A program made the translations under genes and the position numbers. A stretch of DNA of 64,000 nt from Octopus vulgaris (lineage: Eukaryota): positions 59,148,001 to 59,212,000 of the forward strand of contig OX597830.1 in assembly GCA_951406725.2 (NCBI GenBank), given 5' to 3'. Below the pieces are notes generated by a model. It ran no database searches, was not told the DNA's origin, and saw only the letters and a program-made list of their open reading frames with translations. Positions within the stretch are counted from its first letter, which is position 1; every line of letters starts with the position of its first letter. This document shows, in pieces, positions 13,796-27,527 of this stretch.

Positions 13796-14650
13796 TATAT
13801 ATATATATATATACAGTTCAGTATTTACATGCTGAAAAAAACTTATCTTTCTACTTGTTCTCCAATATATTTCAACGCTTCAAAAACAAACTTATGACAA
13901 GTTTGAGCAAGTTCACATCTATAACTCTTTCTTTCAATCTTTACTCTTTAATTATTGTGCGAAGCCCATGGGAAACATTCGGAGTTAATCATGAAGCTAT
14001 GAGATAATACATGGCTAATTCAAAACAATGTGAATGAATAAGCATTACCATTTGACGGCGGAATAATTTGAATGCCAAACTGTTAATGAAGCAGAAGAAT
14101 ACTACTTTCTGGTGCAGCTAAGCAAATATTCAAACACTTCTCCCGTTGTCGAAAGTAATTCCTCACTATTCTATTCACAAAAGCTAAATTCTTACTTCGG
14201 TCTGTTATGAGGCCAAGGACTCACAAGGGTGGAGCTTGAGCTGGTTTCAAGGGCATATAAGTGATTCAGATTACAACACTTCCCCTGGATGGGATGCCAG
14301 ACCTTCACAGGGTTAACTTCCCATCTATTGTTGGAACTGAGTGGGATGGGGCAAAGGGGAAATGAAGTGTCTTGCTCAAGAACACAATGTGTGCCACCCA
14401 GTCTGGGAATCAAAACCACAATATTACAATCATGAATGCAACAACAAGACCATGAACCTTCACACTTCCATGTATACACATGTATTTATTAATTAAGAAT
14501 TAAGCCTCAAAATAATTATTGGTAAACTTTTAATTCCACTCAAGACACAAATAGAACATTCATCTAGGATGGCTCAGGGTCTCAAGGATTTGGTTCACCA
14601 ACAAAGTTTCCTCTATTCTATTTGCACAAATATCATTACAAAAATTCATA

Positions 14651-14880
14651 TTAACGCTTTTGATACCAACCCTGCTGAAACCGTCCCTGGCCCTGTAGTA
14701 CAAATGTCTTGTTTTCATAAGTTCTGAATTAAAATCTTCCACCAAATCCTTGTCATAATTTATGTCCCTAACACTAGCTTAATGATAACTAAGTTATTTT
14801 ACTAAATTCTTTGTTATATTTAAAATTAATTGAAAGAAACAAAGAGCATCTCAACAGAAATAGAGTAACAAAAGGGTGAA
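14651..14880. mobile_element. piggyBac-like MITE
   Basis: Same internal sequence as 48214-48446, with degenerate termini. Confidence 0.75.
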
Positions 14881-14913
14881 TGATGTTACATAGAATAATA
14901 AAAAAAATATTAC

Positions 14914-15137
14914 CTCTAAATTAAATAAATCAGGAAACTCTAGTCGTAACTGCATCCAATCTTTGGGAGGTTTCTGAGATGAAGGGGAAGTCGACAAATG
15001 AAGAAGCTTCTGTCGTGACAATTTGCATTTCAGTTTTTCTTGGGAAGCTACAAAATTGGAAGCAGAATTTTTAGAACATTCAGAAAAAATACCCAAGCAT
15101 GAAATCCAAATTGTATCCATAAAAGCAGGGATTATCC
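14914..15137 (-). CDS. Internal exon (WIIPAFMDTIW...DWMQLRLEFPDLFNLE, phase 1 to 0)
   Basis: Acceptor acagacag|GG gives T|GG = Trp with the upstream exon; donor GAG|GTAATA. Overlaps ORF 14851..15120. Confidence 0.75.
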
Positions 15138-15416
15138 CTGTCTGTGTGCGTTGCGAAGGGTGTAATGCGTTTCAATGTAAGTTATCCTAGATTTTTTTAT
15201 TCTTTTACTCGTTTCAGTCATTAGACTGTGGCCATGCTGGGGCACCACCTTGAAAAATTTTTAGTTGAATGAATTAACCCCAGTACTTTTAAAACCTGGT
15301 ACTTATTCTATCAGTCTCTTTTGTCAAACCGCTAAGTTATAGGGGCATCAACACACCAACACCGGATGTCAAGCGGTGGGGGGAGGTAGAGTCAAAGACA
15401 CACATAGACATAGTTA

Positions 15417-15587
15417 GGCACAGGAGTGGCTGTGTGGTAAGTAGCTTGCTTACCAACCACATGGCTCCAGGTTCAGTCTCACTGTGTGGCACCTTGGGCA
15501 AGTGTCTTCTACTATAGCTTCGGGCCAGTCAAAGTCTTGTATGTGGATTTGGTAGACGGAAACTGAAAGAAGCCCGTCGTATATATG

Positions 15588-15650
<63 letters not shown>

Positions 15651-15870
15651 GTATATATATATATATATATGTATGTGTGTTTGTCTCCCCAACATCGCTT
15701 GACAACCGATGCTGGTGTATTTACATCCCCGTAACTTAGCGGTCCGGCAAAAAAGGCCGATAGAATAAGTACTAGGCTTACAATGAATAAGTCCTGGGGT
15801 CAATTTGCTCGACTAAAGGCGGTGCTCCAGCATGGCCGCAGCCAAATGACTGAAACAAGTAAAAGAGTAA
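15417..15870 (+). mobile_element. tRNA-derived SINE family B with internal (TA)n/(TG)n
   Basis: A box tggctgtgtgg, B box ggttcagtc, CORE-like accttgggcaagt and tail tgaaacaagtaaaaga. Many copies: 20303-20690, 22803-23172, 25350-25775, 32222-32520, 48922-49320, 55735-56103, 59483-59890. Confidence 0.9.
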
Positions 15871-15913
15871 AGGAATACATACATGTCTACATATATATAT
15901 TTATATCTATCTA

Positions 15914-15944
<31 letters not shown>

Positions 15945-16028
15945 TATCATCATAATGTATACATATATATATATATATATATGATGGGCTTCTTTCAGTT
16001 TCCATCAACCAAATTCAACCTTTAACTC

Positions 16029-16445
16029 TGGCGGCGAACTGGCAGAAACGTTAGCACACCAGGCGAAATGCTTAGCAGTATTTCATCTGCTGCTATGTTC
16101 TGAGTTCAAATTCCGCCAAGGTCGACTTTGCCTTTCATCCTTTCGGGGTCGATAAATTAAGTACCAGTTACGCACTGAGGTCGATATAATAGACTTAATC
16201 CGTTTGTCTGTCCTTGTTTGTTCCCTCTATGTTTAGCCCCTTGTGGGCAGTAAAGAAATAAGAAACGTTAGCACGCTGGGCGAATGCTTAGCGGTATTTC
16301 GTCTGTCTTTAGGTTCTGAGTTCAAACTTTTGCCTTTCATCCATTCGGAGTCGATAAGTTAAGTACCAGTTGTGTACTGGAGTCGATCTAATCGACTGGG
16401 CCCCCTCCCCCAAAATTTTGAGCCTTGTACCCTGAATAGAAAAGG
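16029..16445 (+). mobile_element. Tandem pair of family A SINEs with two different 3' tails
   Basis: The first copy ends ccccttgtgggcagtaaagaaat; the second ends ccccaaaattttgagccttgtacc...gaaaag. Confidence 0.8.
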
Positions 16446-17503
16446 CTATCAACAGGACAGAGGAAAAGCAAGGTAGATAACTCTTACAATATTGCAATTA
16501 CACCCCTTTGCAACTATTCTTCATAAAGTCAGAGAAAACCAACAGCGACTTTTGGAATCAACGGGACCTGTTCACCGTGAAGTAGAAATGGGACACTACA
16601 TACAGAAGTCTTCCACTTCAAAACAGATCTCTCTTCTCCTCTTTAACAGCAAATTGTAGTCTCTTTTGTGCGAACTTTTTACTTCATGTATTTACAACAA
16701 AAATTAATTATTTCTGTCACAAAATCAGTTAAAAATCCCTTGATAAACCCTTCACTAAATACCAACAGATAAGAAGGACAATAAACTATACTACTGAACA
16801 GAAAACTGAAAGATATAGCAATAACATGCTCTGTCATTCAATCTACTAGAGATAGTAGCTAAATTGCTCTCAAATCATACCCAACCATATTTCAGAAATA
16901 AAAAAAAAGGCCACACTAGAAGACAACAGGGGTACTAGAAATAACAGATCACATCCTAACATCTTTTTTTGAGTAACTGGATTTAGACGATTTATATTTT
17001 ATATTAAACCCAAAGAATTTGTAGTAAGAGTTGGCTACAATGCAATGCAGCAGATGTTCTGATTCCCTCTGCTCTGAGTTCAATTCCTACTGAAGTCAAC
17101 TTTGCCTTTCATGTCTTGGGAACAATCAATCACCAACCAAAACAGTGTGGTGGTGGAATAGCAAGAGGATTGGTAAGAGGCTTTGTGGTGTGGGGTTTCT
17201 CCTGGCTCTTTGAGTCTGATAGCAAATCCTGCAATGACGCTGAAGCCAAGAAGCACTGGACCATGTCAGGAGTGAGAAGAAAAGAGACTTGCATGAATGA
17301 ACAACTGTTTCTCTTTCAAAAAAAAAAAAAAGGCGAACCTTGACCGATGCCTAATGAAAGAATCTTCACACATGCACTTGTATATAAAAAAAACTATATG
17401 GACTCAGCCAGGTATGAGCATTTTTTTGTTTTTGTTTTTTGAGAAGCAGGCTGCATAAGACATGATTCATTATCAAGGGTGGGGGCCACACTCGCCAAAA
17501 GCT

Positions 17504-17967
17504 TTAACTTTCATTTGTTACCAACCTGGCTGAAACCAGCTCTGGCTCTGGGTGCAAATGTCTTGTTTTCATAAGTTTTGAATTAAAATCTTCCACCAAA
17601 TTTTAGTCACGATTTATGTTCCTGACACTAGCTTAATGATAACTAAGTTATTTTACTAAATTCTTTGTTATATTTAAAGTAATTGAAAGAAACACAGAGC
17701 ATCTCAACAGAAATATGATAACGAAAGGGTTAAAATATACAATAGAGACACAATTCTTAACCCTTTTGATACCAATCTGTCTGAAACTGCTTCTGGCTCT
17801 GACTACAAATGTCTTGTTTTCTAAAGTTCTGAATTAAAATCTTCCACCAAACCTTAGTTACAATTTATGTTCCTAACACAAGCTTAATAATAATTCTTTG
17901 TTATGTTTGAAGTAATTGAAAAAAGCAGAGAGCATCTCAAAAAAAAATACAGTAACGAAAGGGTTAA
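17504..17967. mobile_element. Two adjacent piggyBac-like MITEs of about 210-230 bp
   Basis: TTAA-CCCTTT...AAAGGG-TTAA termini. Same family at 14651-14880, 39865-40094 and 48214-48446, with a partial copy near 30510-30620. Confidence 0.8.
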
Positions 17968-18162
17968 TCATGTTATTCAAAAAGTTCTGCTGGCCACAGT
18001 TTGCACAGGATTGAATTAAACAATATGAGGGAAAAGCATATTTGAAAGGTGCCACATCAGTTATTTTGAATTCTTGAATTATCTGGTAATTTTCATTATA
18101 TTTTCATTAAGGAGTAAGTGTTAATTAGGAGTTGTGTGAAGTGCTTGAAAACTGTTTCTTAC

Positions 18163-18295
18163 AAATTTCGGGCAAAATATCATTCATCAAATGAAGAACA
18201 TCTGTCAAAGAATGGTATTTATTTTCTTTTACATCTCCAAAGAAAACAGATCTGGAACTATTGACACAACCAGCTGATCTGGGCCCATTACACTT
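18163..18295 (-). CDS. Internal exon (KCNGPRSAGCVNSSRSVFFGDVKENKYHSLTDVLHLMNDILPEI, phase 0 to 1)
   Basis: Acceptor tttttcttctatttccag and donor T|GTAAGA. Lies inside ORF 18125..18361. Confidence 0.8.
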
Positions 18296-19686
18296 CTGGA
18301 AATAGAAGAAAAAAAAGGGAAAGAAAGAAAAAACATAAATATGTTGTACATAGAAAAGCATAACAAAATATCAGTTGTAAGCCAAATGTTTCTAAGATTT
18401 AAGAATTAATTATGATAATTAAGGATAGAGGAGAGGATTATGGTGAAAATTTCAGCAAAACTAAGAACAAAAGTTCCGGATAGTTCTATGAAAGAGGGAC
18501 TTGCAGAAAGTACTTGTGGTCGACAAAAAGAAAAACAATTACATTTTCATTCTGGGTCGGACCATTATTATAGGTTGAAGGAGATTCTGGGTCGGACCAT
18601 TATTATAGGTTGAAGGAGATTAGAGGGAGGTTTTTAAAGATGGAAAACACAAGACTGAAAAAGGGACACGGTTCTTTTTATTCATTAGTATTTGAAGTAC
18701 ATTAGTGAGAATGTTTGTCTATTGGGTGAAAAGATTTTTATCGCATATGGTATATCTCTAAAAGCATTATAGAATGTCGACTTCTTTCAGAGTTAATATA
18801 ATTCCTGAATTTGATGAGAATGGAAATATAGCCTTATTACAAAGTTTTTAGAATTGTTTGGTATTAACCTGAGAAACCCCACATTCAGAGTTTTAATATT
18901 AATAGACTCAAAGGTGGCAAAGTAGCAGAATGGTTAGCATGCTGGGCAAAATGATTAGCAGCATTCCATCAGAGTTGTTATGTTTTGAGTTCAAATTTTG
19001 CTGAGGTTATCTTTACCTTTCATCCTTTCAGGGGTCAATGAAATAAGTACCAGTTGAAAACTGGGGTCGATGTAATCAACTTAACTCTCCCCTAAAATTA
19101 CTGTCCTTGTGCCAAAATTTGAAGCCAACTTTAATAGATTCTGAGGTGAGGAGTTAGCAGAGTCGTCTGCATGCCATGCTTGGTAGCATTTCATCTAGTT
19201 TTATATGTTCTGAGTTCAAATTTTGCCAAGGTTGACTTAGCCTTTCTCCTTATTGGGGTCGATAAAATAAGTACCAGCTGAGTACTTGGGTTGATCTAAT
19301 CAATTTACACTGTCCATTTGCTGTCAAACCATCAAACCCATGCCGGCATGGAAAACAGACGTTAAACGATGGTGAAGGGAGAGGAGACGCAGGGCAGCAG
19401 CATGCAGAGAGGACTGTGAGTTGTTTCGAGGTATAAATGAAGTTGGAAAATGTTTCTAAACAATTGAGCAGACTTTGAAACCACTCTTTTGACACAATTA
19501 CTAAAATATTTCTCTGAACATGGAAAGTACAATTAACTAACTGAAAATAACAGACTAATAAAGTGGAGCCAAAGAAAAGCCTGATCAGCTGACAGCTCGT
19601 TTGGTTTGGAATTCCTTTCTAAAAATTCTTTTTTTATATGAATATAACACAATGGCAAAATAATTATCTTTGTTACAAGCTGCTTT

Positions 19687-20097
19687 GGATCTTTTCAGTT
19701 TGACCGGCAGTTTTTTCTAGGGGTGTCATATGAAATTGTCACCCATAATTATGACCCTAGTATCGATCTATTGCATTTCAATCTATTTTAGAGTTAGTGG
19801 TGGGGGGAGGGTATCTTTTTTTCTTCAGAAATGTAAATAAACCCAATCTGCTTCTTAAACGTGGGACATATTCATACTGCACAGAATGTTTTCAACTCAA
19901 TAGACGTCATTGATTGGTTGAAATTGCAGAAATTGAAGAAGAAAAAACAACAAATATCTTACAAACGATAGAATTTTCTCAAGAAAGCCAAGAGAAAAAG
20001 CTGTTTTATAAACACATTCTACCAGTATACGAAGTTTAAAAGTGTTTAGTTACGTGGAAATTATTTTTAAAAACTGCCGTTCAAACCGAAAAGATCC
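19687..20097. mobile_element. MITE, same family as 3478-3877
   Basis: Same TIRs starting GG. The 8-bp flanks gctgcttt/gctacttt (one mismatch) fit an 8-bp TSD as in Merlin elements. Confidence 0.85.
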
Positions 20098-20832
20098 GCT
20101 ACTTTTATTGTATACGAAAGGGCAGAAAGCTGTTAATTTTAAAATAAAATTTCCATCATTTCTGGAAATAGTAGAGAGAGAGAAAAAAACGCAATATTTC
20201 ATTATAGACATTGAGATGGCTTTTTTCTGTCATTTCTTTGAAGAGTTATTTCCCTTAGTTTGTATATTTTTTTAATGCACAAACAAGAATTATTTAATAT
20301 CTTTTATTCTTTTACTTGTTTCAGTCATTTGACTAAACAAATCGACCCCCCAAGACTTATTCTTTGTAAGCCTAGTACTTATTCTATCAGTCTCTTTTGC
20401 CGAACCGCTAAGTAAACACACCAACATCGGTTGTCAAGTGATGGTGGGGGGTACAAACATAGACACACAAACATATACATACATATACACAGATATATAC
20501 GTACATACACACACAGATATATATATACACGACGGGCTTCTTTCAGTTTCCTTCTATCAAATCCACTCACAAGGCTTTGGTCGGCCCGAGGCTATGGTTC
20601 AAGACACTTTCCCAAGGTGCCATGCAGTGGGACTGAACCCAGAACCATGTGGTTAGTAAGCAAGCTTCTTACCACATAGCCACTCCTATGCAAAACATTA
20701 ATTTTAATTTTGTCTGGACACGAACTGATGTTTTCTAATCAACACCAATATATTGCTGACACTTACCACCGTCAAGAGAACACAATAAGTGTAATGAGAA
20801 TGGTTTCAATTAAAGCAATCAGGAATCAACAT

Positions 20833-21315
20833 CCTCATCATTATCACCAACGTTTAACGTCCGTTTTCCACGATAGCATGGGTTGGACGGTTTGACTGGG
20901 GTCTAGGAAGCCAGGAGGCTGCACCAGGCTCCATTCTGATCTGGCAGTGTTTCTACAGCTTGATGCCCTTCCTAACGCCAACCACTCCGTGAGTGCTTTT
21001 TACGTGCCACCGGCACAGAAGCCAGTGCTGGCATTGACCACGTTCGGATGGTGCTTTTTATGTGCCACCGAATGGGGATCACAACTACAATTTCCATTTG
21101 ATTTTCATATTGATGTTGATGTACTTGACTCAATAGGTCTCCTCAAGCACAGTAGGTCGCCCTACGATCCAAGGTACTTTTGAATGGGCTGGAGCTGGTT
21201 ATGTGAAACTGGTGTAGGATATAGACATGAACTCACTTTATTTGCCGGATCTTTACAGTCACAGCATATCACCAGAGGACTCGATCTTTCGTCATTGTCT
21301 CTGTGAGGCCCAGCA
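20833..21315 (-). mobile_element. RTE LINE 3' fragment
   Basis: Same 3' UTR motifs (ctacagcttgatgcccttcctaacgccaaccac) and the ORF end. Confidence 0.7.
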
Positions 21316-24117
21316 TTAAAAAAAAAAACCATAACTTCGGCATCTATTCCTCTGTCAAATTAGATATGATCAGTAATGTTCACTAAAGGTGGGCAGTGAG
21401 AGTATCCTTCACCAAACATGAATCAGAATTCCTTAGGAACTTAGTAACTAGTTGTCAACAACTATAATATTGAAACTATTGAGGGGGGAGGGGGAAAGGA
21501 TAGGAGTTTCTTCCCCCAGTTCTAAGTTTATTGAATAATTACCAAGATGAAACATTAAACAAATAGATGCAAGAAGTGATCCTAAATCAATGTAAAAGAC
21601 AACTGAAAACATGAGTGTAACCTGTACGTAAACAGACGTTGTATTCAGCATTGTTTAATGTCTGCTTTTCCATGCTTGCATAAGTCAGATAAAATTTGTT
21701 GAGCAGATTTTCTACAGCTGGATGCCCTTTCTGCTGCCAACATTTACCCGTTTACAAGGAAGGTAACACACAAATCTTCATATCCAACTTAATGTGGGTG
21801 CCTTGTTAGAACACAAAATACTGCAGTATTAGCCTTGGAGAGGTCTTCTCATATAGGTGCACGGTACATAAAAGCAGGCATAAATTTTGGCAGACAAGAA
21901 TCATCTGTTATGAGTACTGGAAATGCCAGATCAGGTGATTTCAGTTTACTGTTATATCTTCAGTGGCAGGTATCTGGTCACTGCATACCAGCCAAATTTT
22001 GCTGCCATTATACATAGAATTTCTATGTCTTTTCAAAAGACAATCTTTTATATGTCATAGAATGCTAAATACTGTGATATTAGTATCAAGAGGTCCTTTC
22101 ATACAGGTACAGGGTGCATAAAAGAACCATGTCTGTGTGTGTGATATGCTTCCTTCAGTTTCCATCTACCAAATCCACTCACAAGGATTTTCTGGACATG
22201 GACCTATAGAAGAAGACATGCTCAAGGTGCCACAGAATAGAATTCAACTCCAGAGTTCTAGGTTGTGCTTTCAACTGTAGCAGGTTATTATAACTGACAG
22301 CAGAGGAAACATTCATCTCAAGACCAGAGATGTTGTTCCGGTTCATTTGAGGAATTTCTAGTCTGAAACAAGTCTTGATACAGCAAAACAATAACTGTAT
22401 GCTCATCAGAAAGGCTAAATTGAATGATTTATTAAGCAAATAATTCTCTCTCCGTGGAAGTGTTAGACTATTTGGATGCAATATTCTAAACAGCTGCCAT
22501 TTGTGGGTAATTTAAATCTGGAACTGGAGGCATTGACAAAGAAAGGAAATTGTTTAAGTTAAGACATTAGTGAGAAGCAAAAATCAAATATTAGTATCGC
22601 CATCTCTTGCTGTAAAATATTTCTCTGCCAACAGATAATTAAACGAATTGATGACTACAGTTTCAAATTAAATCTGTAATAAGATTTACTCTCTCCAAAA
22701 CGAATAAATTTTGTGAGAAAAGCATGAATTCTTTTGGCATCAACATGTTCTGTTTCAAAAAGTCAAACATTTTGGTTACTAGATTAGATTAAATAAACTT
22801 TTATTCTTTTTCTGGTTTCAGTCATTAGACAGTGGCCATGCTGGGGCACTGCCTCGAAGAATTTTTTAGTCAAAATCAACTTCAGTAATTATTCTTTTAA
22901 AACTTGGTACTTATTCTATTGGTGTTTTTAGCAGAACCCCTAAGTGACAGGGACATAAACACACCAACACTGGATGTCAAGTGGTGGTGGTGGTGGCAGA
23001 GAGTGGGGGACAGACACACACACATACGATGGACTCCTTCAGCTTCTGTCAACCAAATCCAGGCTTTGGTCAGCCTGAGGCTATCGAAGAAGACACTTGC
23101 CCAAGGTGCCACGCAGTGGAACTGAACCTGGAACCATTTGGTTGGGAAGCAAACTTCTTACTTCACAGCCAATGTAAAACAGATTTTTACTCTTTTCAAA
23201 AAGAACAAATTTTGTGAGAAAAGCATGGATACTTTTGGCATCAACATGTTCTGTTTCAAAAGGTCAAACATTTTGGTTGCTAGATTAGATTAAATAACCT
23301 TTAACCAACCAATCAAACAATGATAATACATCATACTAAGGAACCAAAAATAAATACATAAAGTTTTAAGATTTTTTTCTTTCTTCTAGTTAAGAATTGC
23401 AGTTGATAGGAAACTGGTGCAAACTCAATGCAAGGCAAGAGTACAGAAAATGGTCAGAGTGAACTTGTGGCAGATTGAGAGGAAAGTAGCAAAATAACAG
23501 GATATAAGTGATGTGTAGCACAGATAGAGTAAGAATACTCATTACACACACACACACACACAATAAAGAAAGTAGTTGATAGTAGCTGTTGCCTAAGTGA
23601 CCTAATTAGTACTGGAAGTTAAATACAGTGAAAGTAGAGCAGCTACAGTATAGGTGGAAGGAAGTTCAGGAACTGATGCCTCTGTAGGTAATAAAAAGTT
23701 TCCTTTTCCCAGAAGAAAGTAATCTGTACAAAATATAGGGGGCAGTTATTGATTTTGAATGTGTAACATCTACAGACTGAGCAATGTTGAAGTGAAATGT
23801 GTGAAGCAGTGACTAATTTTGTAGAGAACATGGAATATATCAAGTCTGGCAACACATGGGAAAGGGATGCCAGCTGGTCTGATGATATTGAATCAAAACT
23901 CTGTGAAACTAAGCAAGAATGATACATAATCCTTTGTGAATCGTGATGGGTTTAAGTCTAGATTCAATTTACTGTTTTTAAGAGACCATTGATCAGTGTA
24001 CAACTGTGACAAATATAGAGCATGAATGTTGTGTGAAATAGAGCTACATTGATTATTTAAGAGATAACTTAAGCAAGATATTCTAGAAGGAAGTGATAAG
24101 GTAGGTCAATCTGAAGA

Positions 24118-24582
24118 TACAGTTCTCTATTTAAGAGATGAGGAATTATGTACATTATTTACATTTGATAGATGTTTGTCCTCATCTTGTTTGTTATTAG
24201 CACGTTTTGGCTGATATACCTTTCAGCCTTCATCAGGTGTCTTGGGGAAATTTCAAACCTGGGTTCTCATTCCTAAGGTATTTTTCGATATTATTATTAT
24301 TATTATTATTAATATTATTATTATTCAGGTCATTGCCTGGAATCGAACTCAGAATCTTGGGATTAGTAGCCTGTGCTCTTAACCACTACGCCATATGCCC
24401 ATGGACGGTATATCAGCCAAAACGTTGTGTTAACAACAAACAAGATCATCATCATCATCATCATTGTTTAACATCCGCCTTCCATGCTAGCATGGGTTGG
24501 ACGGTTTGACCGAGGGCTGGCGAACCAGATGGCTGCACCAGGCTCCAGAAGACAAAAATCTATCAAATGTAAATAATGTATA
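24118..24582 (-). mobile_element. Same tRNA/hammerhead element, with an RTE fragment inserted in its inverted arm
   Basis: Sequence matches 34435-34944; the inverted arm begins inside the hammerhead at about 24407. Confidence 0.8.
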
Positions 24583-25349
24583 TCTGAAGATGTTAGGCCT
24601 CAGTGACAATTTGATAAGCTGTGGCATGTTGCATGGTAGATCTGTCCAACCCATTACAACATGCATTAAAAAAGTGACTAAAATAAATATAAAAGTCTTG
24701 CAATTACAAACAATAAAAACACAAAGAAAAAGAAATCAAAATAACTAAACCCCAGTTCTTACACGAGTTTAGAACCTATCTATCGTTAGCGTCCACTCGT
24801 TATAATTAGGTGCCATCCACACTCGGCTGATTGAGTATTAGGAATCTCCATTTGGATCTTTTCTCTGCCATTCTTATACATTCACCGTACAGTTTAGTCC
24901 AGTCCTTGGTGTAATCAAACCATCATCATCATCATCATCATCGTTTAATGTCCGTTAGCATGGGTTGGATGGTTCGACCGGGGATCTGGGAAGCCAGGAG
25001 GCTGCACCAGGCTCCAGTCTGATCTGGCAGTGTTTCTACAGCTGGATGCCCTTCCTATCGCCAACCACTCCATGATTCAGATGGTGCATTTTACGTGCCA
25101 CCGGCACGGAAGCCAGTCAAGACAGCGCTGGCATCGGCCACGATTCGGATGGTGCTTTTTACGTGCCACAACCAGTTGGTTCTAAATTTTTTCGAGCATA
25201 TGGTATTTATCTTTCCTTCCAGTAAGGGTTTCTGTGCACCTTGTGCTCTTACTGATATGACCAGAGTATTTTAGCTTCCTTTTTTCTCTTCTCTCTTTTT
25301 TTTTAATGATCTTTTTTGTATTTGTCAATCACAGAAAATTCTGTACAAA

Positions 25350-25513
25350 GCGCAGGAATGGCTGCGTGGTAAGTAGCTTGCTTACCAACCACATGATTCC
25401 GGGTTCAGTCCCACTGCGTGACATCTTGGGCAAGTGTCTTCTGCTATAACCTCGGGCCGATCAAGGCCTTGTGAGTGGATTTGGTAGATGGAAACTGAAA
25501 GAAGCCTGTCGTA

Positions 25514-25568
<55 letters not shown>

Positions 25569-25775
25569 ATGTGTGTGTATATGTTTGTGTGTCTGTGTTT
25601 GTCCCTCTCGCATTGCTTGTGTGTTTACGTCCCCGTCACTTAGCGGTTCGGCAAAAGAGACCGATAGAATAAGTACTGGGCTTACAACGAATAAGTCCCG
25701 GGGTCGATTTGCTCGACTAAATGCGGTGCTCCAGCATGGCTGCAGTCAAATGACTGAAACAAGTAAAAGAGTAAA
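25350..25775 (+). mobile_element. SINE family B, full length
   Basis: Same as 15417-15870. Confidence 0.9.
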
Positions 25776-25988
25776 GCCATACCAAGAAAAAAGGGGAACC
25801 TACCTCAAATCACTAGCATCAACAACAATAATTAAGGATGTTTTTACATATTAGATGCAGGATCTGCGTTTCCTCATTTCCTTTCCTCCAAACTGAAGAA
25901 ACAGTCTCCTCGAGCAAAGAGATACATTTGGTTGTGTTGAAGAAATTATAGAATTGTTGCTCAGTTTCACTTCATCTCAGACTACTAA

Positions 25989-26211
25989 GGCGGCGAGCTG
26001 GCAGAAACGTTAGCACGCCAGGCGAAATGCATAGCCGTATTTCATCTGTCGTTACGTTCTGAGTTCAAATTCCGCCGAGGTCGACTTTGCCTTTCATCCT
26101 TTCGGGGTCGATAAATTAAGTACCAGTTACACATTGGGGTCGATGTAATCGACCTATGTCTGTCCTTGTTTGTCCTCTCTGTGTTTAGCCCCTTGTGGGT
26201 AATAAAGAAAA
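25989..26211 (+). mobile_element. SINE family A, full length
   Basis: Near identity to 66-292. Confidence 0.9.
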
Positions 26212-27492
26212 AGGTATCTAGGACTACACTGGCTAAAGTTTTCCTTCTTTTCCAAGACTGGTTTGATTTGAGTATGACTTGAATACCAATTCTACTCAGG
26301 TGACTTAATTACATTAGCAGCAGCAGAGACAAGTACCTGATGTATCAGTAATAAATTAATGAAATTGATAATGGCAGAAAAATAAAGCAATATTCCAATG
26401 TTGCATAACTGGCACCTGTGCCAGTGGCACATAATAAGCACCTTTCAAACTTTGGGCCTTGCAGAGGCAGTGCCAAGTGACCGAGACCTTTGGCAATTTT
26501 ATTGTGCTTGCAAAGACCTGTCAGGCCAAGTGAGATCACAGTCATGGCCAATACCTATTTCTTTATTACCCACAAGGGGCTAAACATAGAGGGGACAAAC
26601 ATGGACAGACATAGGTATTAAGTCGATTATATCGACCCCAGTGCTTAACTGGTACTTAATTTATCCACCCCGAAAGGATGAAAGGCAAAGTCGACCTCGG
26701 TGGAATTTGAACTCACAACGTAACGGCAGCCGAAATACCGCTAAGCATTTCGCCCGACGTGCTAACGATTCTGCCAGCTCGCCGCCAATACTGGTGACTG
26801 GCACCCATGCCAGTGGCGTGGAACTCTTTGAGTGGTTGGCATCCAGCGGTAGTAACCATGCCAAATCAGATTGGAACCTGGTGAAGCTCCCCAGCTTACC
26901 AGTTTTCAGTGAAACAGTCCAACCCATGCCAGCTTGGAAAACGGACATTAAATGGAGATGATGATGATGATGATGACACACTTCTTTGCTTTCATCATTT
27001 AAACATCTGTCTATCAACATTTAGTCTGTTGATTGTGCTTTCAATAGAGTGTACGGTTATTTAAAAAGTAGGGGACATTTGAATGTACAAACAATACAAA
27101 TACACAACAATTTACACCTCTTACTGCAACTCATTAAACTGAAGCAGTGACAGGTAGCGACACCTGGTGACCAATCCACTGCCAAGGATTGAAACAGATG
27201 GAGATCTCTTGTTGATGTCTTATATTCCAAGTGGTGTCAAAGGAATTAAGAAGTCTCTAAATTAGTGGTTCCAAACCAGGGGTCTGTAAATTCAAAATTT
27301 CACACACACACACATATATATATACATACACGACAGGCTTCTTTCAGTTTCCATCTACAAAATCCACTCACAACGCTTTGGTCGGCCCAAGGCTATGGTA
27401 GAAGACACTTGCCCTAGGTGTCACACAGTGAAACTGAACCCATAACTATGTCATTGGGAAGCAAGCTTCTTACCACACAGCCACTCCTGTGC

Positions 27493-27523
<31 letters not shown>

Positions 27524-27527
<4 letters not shown>

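Noticed and set aside
25803-25892. Minus-strand exon candidate with AG/GT sites
   Set aside because: In-frame stop (TAA) in the required phase 0.
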